Origin: Nageia nagi
Taxonomy: Eukaryota > Plantae > Pinophyta
Assembly: GCA_050084985.1 (NCBI GenBank)
Contig: JBITNC010000001.1
Coordinates: 179,738,001 to 179,802,000 of the forward strand
DNA: 64,000 bases
Direction of reading: 5' to 3'
Below the pieces are notes generated by a model. That model did not search any database. It saw only the letters and a list, made by a program, of their open reading frames with translations, and was not told the DNA's origin. The position numbers and the translations under genes were made by a program. Of the stretch, positions 24,701-35,829 are shown one piece after another. Every line of letters starts with the position of its first letter. Position 1 is the stretch's first letter.

Positions 24701-26856
24701 CAGTACTTCTTCGGATCTGATGTTGCCGTCATTTATTTTGACAGACCCTTTGCCGATAATTTGTGCGCCATCATTATTTCCAAATCTAACTGACCCACCT
24801 TCATATTCTTGTAGTTTTTGGAATTTCTTTTTGTCACCTGTCATGTGACTTGAGCATCCGCTGTCTAATATCCATGGTGAAGGTTTGTCTTGAGCTTTCA
24901 ATGCAGTTTGAACAATTAAAGACTCTTTGTCCTTTTTGAGTTTCCCCTTTTCTTTCCAGACTTGTTTTACTTTTGTTTCAGCTCCTTGTTTCTTATTACA
25001 CTCTTCTTCTTTCTGTGGAAGACTGCGCTGAACCTGTTTATTCTGTCTTACGGAAGGAAATTGTCTTCGTGAGAAGAACCTCATGCCATAGTTAACTTTG
25101 CAGAATCTGGCAATGTGTCCATATTTGCGACAGTTGTAACACTCAACAGGATACTCCATTAATGGACCGAATGCATTCCTAGTAACAAAGGTCCTTGGTT
25201 TAATATTATATTTACATTCAGAAATTTTGTGCCCATATGCATTGCATTTGAAACAGTATCCATTGAAGGAATGGATGTAACTATTACGTTGCTGAGTTTT
25301 TCTTTGTCCTGCATAGGGTCTTCTTCTGGACTGCACTTGAGTGAAGCCATCATTCTTCAGTTCTGGGCTACCTTCCCTTTTCTTGGCTTCTTTTGTGTTT
25401 TCCTCTTTTATGTTACTGGAAGATTGTCCTTGTTCATAACCCAGACCAGATTTATCCGAAAACATTCTTTGACTGTTGATGATTTCGCTAAGTTTGGTCG
25501 ACCTTCCTTCTAGATATTCAAAGGAACTGATTTTCTTGGTTACTTCCTCTAGTTGTGCACGTAGCCCAGTTATTTCTTCTTCGAGCTTACTACAATTCTT
25601 AACTTTCTCGAGAAGCTGTTCCTCCAAACTCTCATTTATCCTCTTGGATTCTTCGACTTCTATTTTTAGGTTTTCTACAGTAGTACTTGCATCATCACAC
25701 CTTTTTGAGAGTATCTTATTTTTCTTCACTTCTTTATTCAATTCATTCAATGCTATCATTAGTTCTTCTTCAATATCAATCTCAACTTCACAGTCATCTT
25801 CTTCATCTGTCTCTTCCTTCTTATGTTTTTGGTCATTTTGATTATTTTCATTCAGTTTTTCTTCAAACGCCATAAACAATGACTCATTATATTCCTTTTC
25901 TGATTCGTTACTGGAATCATCATTAGTGGAGCCTTCATTTCTAGATAAGAGGCTCTGTCTATTTGACTTTCTATTTCGAGCCTGAGATTTCATCTTGCGA
26001 TTTTTCTCAAAATACGATTCTTGATCATCTTTATCAGTTTTTCTATATGGACATTTTGAGATAAAGTGACCAATACCACCACAATTAAAACATTTAAAAG
26101 GCAGCTTGCCTTTATACTTACCTTTTCCCCTTTTTAGCTTTCTAATGAAGTTTGCTTCTGCTTCATCCGATTGTTCCTCATCGTCAGAATCTTCTCTGGC
26201 GTTGTTACTGCTGCTGGTCTTAAACGCTGCTTCCTTTTCTGAATGTTTTGTTTTTCCAATCCTCATTTCATAAGCAGTTAGCGATCCATGCAATTCATCC
26301 ATGCTAAAAGTTTTCAAATCTTTTGCTTCTTCAATAGCAGACACTTTTGAATCAAAACGAGAAGTGAGAGATCGCAGTACCTTTTTCACGATGACATGAT
26401 CTTCAATCTCTTCTCCAAGGCCTCTGATCGCATTAGTAATTTCATTTACTCTTAGCATGTAGGCTTCAATGGTTTCATCTTCATTCATCTTTAGACCTTC
26501 GAATTGAGCTCTATGTGTTTGGAGTTTTGCTTCCTTGACTTTGTCATCTCCCTCGTGAATGCTTTTCAATTTACTCCATATTTCTTTAGCGGACTTGCAT
26601 GCCATAACTTTTACCAGTTCGCTGTCCACAAGACCACACATTAGAGCGTTTCGTGCTTTGGCATCATATTCAAATACCTTTCTTTCTGCTTCATCTGATG
26701 GACCAGTAGGAGGAGGAGTGTAACCCTTTTTACGGCATCCCAAGTACCAAAACCCAATGCACTGAGATAAGTCTTCATCCGAATTTTCCAGAACCCATAA
26801 TTGGTTCCATCAAAGAGTGGTGCCTTGTTAGATGAGAAACCTTCTCCGCTTGCCAT
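21782..26856 (-). CDS. gag-pol: Copia Gag-Pol polyprotein with a 1-nt frameshift at ~26727-26731
   Basis: ORF 26641-26856 supplies the gag N-terminus ([20 protein letters not shown]); ORF 21782-26743 supplies the rest: three CCHC knuckles, coiled coil, [29 protein letters not shown] and [44 protein letters not shown]. Confidence 0.95.
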
Positions 26857-26900
26857 AGTGTCACTGTCCGGATCTCCTTAGCTGTTATAGCTTACTTAGG

Positions 26901-26918
26901 AACCTGGCTCTGATACCA
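26901..26918 (-). promoter_or_regulatory. Primer-binding site, tRNA-iMet (TGGTATCAGAGCCAGGTT)
   Basis: 18-nt complement of the plant initiator tRNA 3' end AACCUGGCUCUGAUACCA, 2 nt from the 5' LTR. Confidence 0.96.
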
Positions 26919-27103
26919 ATTGTTGGACTTTGAGTGACACTGAGAGGGGGGGGTGAATCAGTATATATAAAAGTAATCAATTTAATCTTCTTAAATAACG
27001 ATAGATTAAAAACCAGAGAAAACTAAGCAATCACACCAGTACATCACACAACACCAGATGTAACGAGGTTCACCAGATTGGCTACATCCCCGAATATGAC
27101 TGC

Positions 27104-27382
27104 TTGGACACCAATCCAAATCCAGCCATTAAAGAAAGCTTACAGAGTCACAGCACCAACTGTGAAGGGTAGCACCAACTACCACTCTGAGAATGGCAGC
27201 ACCAACTGCCTGGAGCACCAACTCCAGCTCTCAAACTCACAGCACCAACTGTGAAGGGTAGCACCAACTACCACTCTGAGAATAGCAGCACCAACTGCCT
27301 GGAGCACCAACTCCAGCTCTCAAACTCACAGCACCAACTGTGAAGGGTAGCACCAACTACCACATATCAAGCACCCACTTGA
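27104..27382 (-). repeat. 12-hairpin constant-loop array, 5' LTR copy
   Basis: Same as 19810-20088; 11 loops CACCAA and one CACCCA. Confidence 0.9.
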
Positions 27383-27635
27383 GACATCATTCAAGATGAA
27401 AGAAAGAATACAGTTCTAGAAGACCCTCAATGGTCTAGCTCTAATGCTCACGGCATACACTTCGGATACTTCACTTTACACACAGCACTTGCTTCCACTC
27501 ACTTCTCTGCTCATCACACTCATGCAATTACCTACGTTTGCATACTTTACTTCACGCACTTCTCATCACACACTCCGCACACACTTTGCCTCTTTTCACC
27601 CTTTTTATCCCACACCTTTTACACCTAGAAACCAA

Positions 27636-27643
27636 CTCTTATA
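27636..27643 (-). promoter_or_regulatory. Candidate TATA box (TATAAGAG) of the copia 5' LTR
   Basis: Lies just downstream (sense) of both repeat clusters; an alternative TATATATA lies near 28258-28265. Confidence 0.4.
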
Positions 27644-27676
27644 TCTGCATATCCCACTACTTGCTTCACTTATTCC

Positions 27677-27921
27677 TTTAGCTGTAAACTCTCAGCTACT
27701 ACTCTCCTCGAGCTATGCACTCATAACTTCTTCTATCCTTGAGCTGTGCACTCATTACTTCTTCTCTCCTCAAGCTGTGCAATCTCAACTACTGCTTTTC
27801 TCGAGCTGTGCACTCATTACTTCTTTTCTCCTCGAGCTGTGCAATCATAACTTGCATTGTCCTCCAGCTGTGCAATCTCAGCTACTTCTCTCCTCGAGCT
27901 GTGCACTCATTACTTCTTGCC
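27677..27921. repeat. 31-bp tandem array, 5' LTR copy
   Basis: Same as 20383-20627. Confidence 0.92.
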
Positions 27922-28867
27922 ATGTCCACACTGTTCACACTGCAACTCTCTGCTCCTTTTCTTACATCCATTTTTCACATTATTCCTGTACTTAACCGTT
28001 ACACATCAAGAACACTCCTAGAAACTGTTCCTGTCATTATACGTTATCAACAGAATCCTTGTTTGTAACTGACGAACGCCTTTATTTCTCAGACAGAGTT
28101 GTTTTGACAAGTATACCTCTTTCTTCATGAATTTCAGCTAATTCTGGATTCTTTTATTCTTCACTATGGTGTTTCTTACGATTCCGGACCCTTTGTCTTC
28201 TTCATGATAGCTTTTCTGATAATTCCGGACTCTTTTCCTCGCTTACCGGATGTTTGCTATATATATTGTGATGTCATCATTCCCTGGACTCCGGAAATAG
28301 AATAAAACGCTTTCCTCATGATGTCATCATTTCCGGACCTTCGCCTATGGTCATTTATCTCCGGACTTTGAATTCCTTTACCATGATGTCATCCTCTTCG
28401 GACACTTGTCTCCGGACTTTTGTCTCCGGACTTTTAAATCTCTCTTTGCCGATCTCATTTCTGCATTCCGGAATGCTTTGTTCGCTGACTCCGGCTCTTT
28501 GATTATTCTTTGCTGACCTCATCGTCTCCGGAACCCGGTTCCATTCACAAATGTGAACATCGTTCTCCCCGTGACATCATCTCTTGCTTCCGGAATGTTT
28601 TACTCGTTGGCTCCGGCTCTTTGATCGCTCCTTGCTGACCTCATCACTTCCGGACTCCGGTTTTGAGTGAAAGCCCGAAATCGCTGACGTCATTTCTTCC
28701 GGAACTCGGTCAACCAATCACACTTCTCTTCCGGAACATAGTTAGACCTCCGGAACCCGACCAAATAGTCTCGCTTCACTTCCGGAACTTAGTTAATCCT
28801 CCGGAACCCGATCCATATCTTGTTGACAACAATTACAATCACACTTCTCAATCACACATACTCAACA

Positions 28868-28872
28868 TACTA
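28868..28872. repeat. Target-site duplication TACTA (right)
   Basis: Identical to 19621-19625; removing the insert restores aagctcactactacacctata (KLTTTPI). Confidence 0.97.
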
Positions 28873-30700
28873 CACCTATATTCAATATACCTAATCCATA
28901 CAATGAATTTTTAGTATGTATAGATGCTTCATTAGAAGGATTGGATGGTGTTTTTTCATATGATAGTAACCAAGTAGTATATGAATTCAAAAAATTAAAT
29001 ACCCATGAGATGAATTACATGACTCATGATCTTGAATTGGTAATCATAGTTCATGAATTAAATATGTGAAGGCATTATCTTTTGGGAAATTCTTTCAAAC
29101 TTGAGACAAATCATCAAAGTTTGAAACATTTATTCACTTTGCTAGATTTAAATGCATGGCAAAGGTGATGGATGTAATTCCTAATTAAGTATAATTTTAG
29201 TAGTGAATACATCAAAGGGAAATAAAAAGGTGATAGATCCCTATGTCATTGATGACATGTCAAAGCCATGTCTAGGAGTCAGTTTGAGCTATTTGAAAAA
29301 GTTAAAATCCTATAGAAAGAGGATCCTTATTATGAATACCTCATACAATTGTTGATTAAGGGTACACCATCATCTCAAGATTTTGTTGAAAAATATGGAT
29401 ATTCATTCATTTTAAAAACATATTGATCATTCTTAAAAGGGGGACTTAAGAAATGTTATCATACAAGAATCCCATTAACCTCCCTATGTAGGTCATCCTA
29501 GTGGTACAAAAATGAGGGAAGATCTGAAATGAAATTTTTATTAGGATGGAATGAAGAGAGATGTAGTTAAATTTGTAGCTAAATGTATTGAATGTTGAAA
29601 AATTAAAAGTAGAACATCAGCATCTTGGAGGATATTTGTATGTGATATCCCCACTCAGAAATAGAAAGTTATATCAATGTATTTTATTGATGGTTTATCG
29701 AAAACTAGGTTCCATCATGATTCAATTTTTGTAGTGGTTGATAGATTGAATAAGGTGGTACACTTTATACTTGGAAATCCTACTAATGATACCCCTACCA
29801 TAACAAAAAAGTATGCATATGAGATCTTCATATTACATAGATTTCTAGATGTAATCATCTTAGATAGAGATTCAAAGTTCACTTCCATATTTTGGAACTC
29901 ATAACATAAGGCATTGGGAACTAAATTAAATATGAGTTCAACATATCATCCAAAGATAAATAGATATACTAAATGCGTGAATAGAGTTCTTGAAGACATG
30001 TTCAAAATTTATTGCATGGAATAAAATACTAAATGGAAGGATTACATCTATTTAGTTGAGTTTGCCTACAATAATAGTTACCATTCATTCTTTAGAATGA
30101 CCTCATTTGAAGATCTATTCATAAGGATATGAATAAATTCTTTATCTTGGGATAATTAGTAGGATTAGATTATGATACAACCTGATATGTTAAAGCAAAT
30201 GGAGGATCAACTCAAGTCAATACAATGAAAGCTCAAGGAAGTTATTGACCATCAAAAGATTTATGTTGATCTCAAAAGAAATATTTGAGAATTTGCTATG
30301 TGAAAGAAGTATTTATTTGAACCCAACCCATGAAAAGTGCTATAAATTCTACAAAATTGGATCCTTAGTTTGTTGGTCCCTTTGAGATAGTTGAAAAGAA
30401 AACTATAGTTTCTTATAAACTTGCCTTACCACTAAGTTTTTCAAATATGCATGTCTTTCACATCTCCATGTTAAGAAAATATTTTGTTGATCCTTATCAT
30501 GTGTTGGATTTTTTGACTCATAGATATCAGATTCTAAATATGTTGAAGTTATTCCTATTAAATTCCTAGCTTTTAAGACTAGGAAATTGAGGAGAAATGA
30601 TATAAATGAATGTCTAGTACAATGGGACAAGTCTTTCGAGTCTTCTTCGACATGGGAAGATACATCTTTCATGAAAGATAATTTCCTTATTTGTTTGAAT
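28873..30700 (+). pseudogene. Decayed RH-INT-chromodomain of the Tekay-like element (3' part)
   Basis: DASLEGL, THDLEL, DSIFVVVDRL, DRDSKFTS, VEFAYNNSYH, GPF and chromodomain remnants. Confidence 0.88.
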
Positions 30701-30780
30701 GACTATGTAAATATTATTGCACTCTATTATTGTATTATTTAAGAACATAAGGGAATGTGTTTATTTTAGGAGGGTTATTA

Positions 30781-33700
30781 TGTAATGACTTGCCCAATTA
30801 CACTCGCTATGACCCAAATACCTTTGGGAAATTTGAAATTAATTTTAAGATAATTTATGTAATAAGATGAATTATGAATAAATATGTATGATATATGTAT
30901 TAGTTTGATATTAGCTTTGAGGTTGTTTGATATACGTTATAGGTTGACTCAGCATGGGAGTCAGATTGGAGATCCAAGTGAACCAAAGATGAGTTGGTTA
31001 TGGGAACAAATAAATAAGAGTGAGGAAAATATTAGTAATTGAATTACTTGAATACCATAGGGAATACCAAAAATTATTTAATTGCATTTCATGTTTGGTG
31101 TACATGAATTATGATCCTTGTGAAATTTTTATTTGCACTAATAAATTTACCTTGCAAGACGAGAGATCTCCATGGGTAAAACTATATGCAAAATATTTAT
31201 GATGAATTTTATATAGATAATTAATTAATTACCTAGAATATTGTAATGAAATATTTCAGATACCTAGATTTGATTTTTCACTAAGGTATTTTATTTTTAC
31301 TTGTAATAATTTTAGGGATGGATGAAAATTATTTAATCTAGGGGTGAGGTGGTAAATGCTTACTAATCTACCCTAGAAATTATATATTCCTTACCCCCAT
31401 ATATCTTGGAATTTTGTATGAGGTTTATGAGATATTTAAATAACTATTTGAGACTTGAGGCTTACAAACAAAATTTGAATAAATTCTACAACAAAATTAA
31501 AATTTTTATGTCTCTCATGAGAAAAAAGCATGAGATGTCTCAATAGTAAGTTAATTAGGAGTATTATGTCCATTTTTCCCTATAAATACCTTAGGGACTT
31601 TGCAAAAAATATATACACCTCTCATATTTCAAATTGGTATTGGATTGTGTGAAGAAAGGAGCTCATTTCTCCACATTTGTCAAAATTTGAATGTAGGTGC
31701 TCTTTCCAAATTTTATCATCTAGTTGCTAAAATTTTAGTCTAATTTATATGATGAAACTCATAGATGTGACCATTTATATTTTTTCTTTTAGTCTAATTT
31801 TATTTAATGTGAACATGTTAGTTCAATTTTATTTTTATACTATTGGATTTACATTATAAAGAAAGGTTATGGCATATTCAAAATAAATAAAATATAGTAG
31901 TCTTTTTTGTCATGAGTGTGACTAAGGGAATTAATGGATCTAACATCCATGTTCTTCATCTCTCTCTCTCTCTATATATATATATAATATCTCGATAAGT
32001 GATGCAAAATTTTTGATATATGAGTATTCTTTCCAATAATCTCTATGATTGGTATTCCTCAATTTGCTTAGTTTTGATATGTTGTAGAGATACTATGAAT
32101 TTTTGAGAGTGAATGTGTATAATTTTAATTTGGATTTTGAGGATATATGACATCTCCCCAGCATAGGAGCTATGCACATGACCCTTATATCTCAAATCTC
32201 TTTTATTACATGATAAAATGTAAGTTTACATGGTTTTAGATGGAAGCTAGTGTTATAATGACTTTTTCATGCATGGTTTTAAGTAAAGTTCTATGAGAAA
32301 TCTATATATCAAACCTTGAAAAGGGATCCTCCTTGTTCACTAAATAGGGGGTAGACTTATCTTATCATTTAATAGTTGTGGAGATCTAAAATTTCATATG
32401 TTTATACCTACCTATGATTTATTTATGCACTCATGGCCTTTATTACTTAAGTTTTCTATTGAAAAATCATCATTCAATTTGATAATGGAGCTCTGAGGGT
32501 ACAAGAACCTATAAACATGATGTTTATAGTATATGAGTCATTTCAATTGCGCATGGTGGTATTATGTTGCTTAGGCAACAATTTGTATGGTTTTTATCTT
32601 AAGAATAGATAAAGTTTTTTGAAATTCTCTTTTCATAAGTGTATATTATGGATCAAAAGCAGTGTTCTCTATTGAAAAAAAAACATATGTATATGTGTTT
32701 GATCTATCTCCTTGGATTTGGATTGAAGATCTAGTGAATACATTTTTTCAATTTTCACCAAGACATATTTATACTAGGAAAGCATTTTATGCTATGATTT
32801 GAAGAAAGTAAAATTGTAGTGCTTTTTGGAATGAATGTGAGATTTTTTGGAGTGATCCCAATAAATCCTACTAATTTATCTTCCAAATTCATGTCAGTGG
32901 TTATGGATTGCCACCATTTTAAGAAAAGAGATATAATTCTTTGGTTCCAAAATATCATTTCTAAAATCTAAGCACTCAAATCTATCCATATCCATTATTG
33001 ATAAGTTTCTCAATATCTTTTATAGGAACTCAATGTAAAAGAGCCTCCATATATTTGCATTGAGTTTGAAGGTATTATGAAAACTTCCTCACCTTATTCA
33101 TTAGTCATTATACGCTCAAGATATCCTTAAGGTTATAATAAATTTACTCCATTATGAAACCCAAATTGCATGCAAGCCATTAAGGTGTAGATAAAATGAG
33201 TGTGTTAATGATCATGAATATCTTTATAATTAGATTTAATATTTTATTTTACATGAAGTTTCATGTTTTCACATCATTAGTTAGTATATGAAAATAATAT
33301 TTTATTGGTAACATTATATTATTCATGGTGACGAATTATATTTACCAATTTAATTCTAAATCAAACAATTATTTGAAATGTGAAAAAGGGTTTGATTTCA
33401 ATATTTAGAAGAAAGGGTAGTGTTTATAAAATTATTGATTGACAATTATCCAAGGTTAGATGAGGTGAATTACTGGAATGAGTTGCATATCATTAATCTA
33501 GTTATGAATTTTAGTTACCAAATCAAATTGCTATTTGTAAAATGTTTTGGCTTATTGATTCTAGGATAGAATAATATTTTATGAAATTATGGTTAATTGG
33601 TATGATAATCTCCAAGACTAGATAATGTGACTTTAACTATTGAGATGAGTTTAAAATATTGAATTACTCCAGATCAAGGAAGAGAGGTAGTATTTGATTA

Positions 33701-35829
33701 AGAATTAAATACTCTTGACATAATAAAAGAATATTTCTTTTCCATTCTTGGATTATAATTGTATTACATGATTAAGATTGAGATATGATGCATATAGGGG
33801 TAGTTTGATGCATATCATTAAGTATAATAGTTATCTTGATCGTCACAATTCTCCTAACATAATCCTAATACTACAACCTACAAGTCTTAGTTCTCTTGGT
33901 TGTTGGTGTGGAGACAGAGATGACTAACCTTGAAGACTCATTAGGTGTTCAAGAATGATTTGAAGACCTCTTGAAATATAATTAATCCTAGTGATAAATT
34001 TGAATATGGGATTATTACCATTGCAAACTAAGCAAACCCTATATGTTATTTATATGGAAACTCAAATATAAACTAATGTATTATATGTAGACCATATTGA
34101 TGTATTTAGTAAGTCATTTGTATAAGATAAAAATGTTATTTTGGGGATTCATAAACTATCATTTGACTTATCTTATGACCTAATTAATTATTAAGGTTAT
34201 TCTTGCCTTGATGTAATTATAAGACCTTGTCTTGAAATAAAGATATCATTAATTTATATTTTAAAGTTTATTCTTTTTAAAATTGCAAAAACAATGATAA
34301 AGTTAAATATAAAGGATTTTAATACAAGGGATAAAAGAAAAAATATTATTAGAAATCATTTTGATATGTTTGTTTAAGGATAAAAGTCTACTTTAGGAAT
34401 GCTAATATCAAATTGTGTAATAGCATGTTATGAACCTAGAAGTAAATATATCTTGGTTGAATATATTAACCAAGACATGAGGTGATGAAAGAGACTTAAA
34501 CCAAGCTTGAATACTAAGTTGAATTTAAATTTTATCTCAATGGATTATTATATTAAAAAATGTTACAAACCTAGATGTTAGGTTTAATACCCTAAAAAAG
34601 ATGTTGATAAAATAACCTTGGAATAAATGAAATAGTTTAGCCAAGTGTAATAATTGGTTAAGCATACCAATTGATAACATAATAAAGCAAAATTAATATT
34701 TGAAAACTTATTGATCATTTAATGGTTAGGAATTTTGATTTCTAAATAAAATAGATAAAATTTTGTTGTCTTAAGTTTGCTAAATGAAAAAGAGAATCGT
34801 AATAAAAAATATTCCCTAAGTGAGGATCACACTATGTCGTACTCCCTTGCTAGGAGTATCCACTCTTAGAAGATTATGAGGGCTTGTTAATATCTCTTGG
34901 AAGTATTGTACTTTTAAAGTATTATCCCTTCTATCTCATCATGCATGTAGGATTATTTAATTGAGATGTTGTTGAGTATATTCTTTTTTGGCTTCTTGAG
35001 TAAGCTTTATTTTGTATCTTCTCATGCACACTTGAAATAATTACTACCATTTTTAAATTAATATACTTAATTTTTAATGTTTCATTTGATGCGGTTTATT
35101 TGAGATGTAATGATTAGACTATAATACAACCTATTGCTTGTATCATTCAAGCATGTAAACCTAGAAGATCAGTAATTAGTTTGGGACAAATTATGTATAA
35201 GAATGATAGTGTTGTGGTGATTTTTACTTTAAAATTTTTTAATTAAATTGAGTATACAAAAAAATCCACTTAAGGATATTGTTTAATATGTTAAGCTCCC
35301 CAAGATATGGGTATAAGAATGCCAGACAACATGGTGGGCCTAGTCAATAGATATGGGTAGGCCAGTGTTCCATACCCCTAACAAGTTATTAGATAGGGGT
35401 AGCAGTTGATAAAATTTTTCATTACCAAGTAAGGTTAAATATTAGTAATACCTTCTATGGTTAAGCATATATGATTCTAATGATTATTACATAGGATATG
35501 TCACTATACCCATTTCATATACAAGATTTCTTAGGATAATTTATCTTCTCCTATGATTCAAAGGGTTACACATTAGGTGAAGATGTCTAATCTTATGGAT
35601 GAGTGTTCTCTTGGGTGATATGGGCACCAAGTATAAAACAATGACACTATGACCAAATTATCTATTTCATAATTTGTGAATGAAAATTATAGGTTCACTT
35701 GTGTAGCATCTTCCAATGTAGTGAGCATTGAGAAGTGAACACTAGAATTTTTAAGTATTCAAATTAAATTGAAAAAAAAGGCATGAATTTTAGGGTTTTG
35801 ATAAATTTGGGAATAGATGGTGCACTACA
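30781..35829 (+). repeat. 3' LTR of the Tekay-like element (~5.05 kb)
   Basis: TGTAATGAC after PPT-like AGGAGGG (30768-30774); CCCTATAAATA near 31578-31588; ends GCACTACA; 3' 3.6 kb matches 13135-16805. Confidence 0.82.
31959..31986. repeat. Compound (TC)n(TA)n microsatellite
   Basis: tctctctctctctc tatatatatatata. Confidence 0.85.

Larger units (their letters stand above)
19626..28867 (-). mobile_element. Full-length young Ty1/copia LTR retrotransposon, Sirevirus/SIRE-like, without env-like ORF (9242 bp)
   Basis: TG...CA LTRs 99.5% identical, 5-bp TSD, PBS, multiple AGGGGGAG PPTs, junction inverted repeat, C-rich ATTCACCCCCCCCTCT near the LTR 3' end, GAG-PR-INT-RT-RH order. Confidence 0.97.
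26921..28867 (-). repeat. 5' LTR of the copia element (1947 bp)
   Basis: Direct repeat of 19626-21573, adjacent to the PBS. Confidence 0.98.
13135..35829 (+). mobile_element. Old Ty3/gypsy chromovirus (Tekay/Del-like) with ~5-kb LTRs, interrupted by the young copia element
   Basis: Paired LTRs; PBS at 16808; PR LDCGTIDSFI (~18222); RT FIDDIL (~19232); RH and INT at 28900-30130; FVGPFEI (~30370); chromodomain CLVQWDKSFESSSTWED (30611-30661); PPT before 30781. Confidence 0.85.

Noticed and set aside
23099-25875. Several 60-144 aa ORFs overlapping gag-pol
   Set aside because: Shadow or alternate frames of the polyprotein, with no independent motifs.
26901-26918. tRNA-Met gene
   Set aside because: Only the 3'-terminal 18 nt including CCA are present; this is the PBS.
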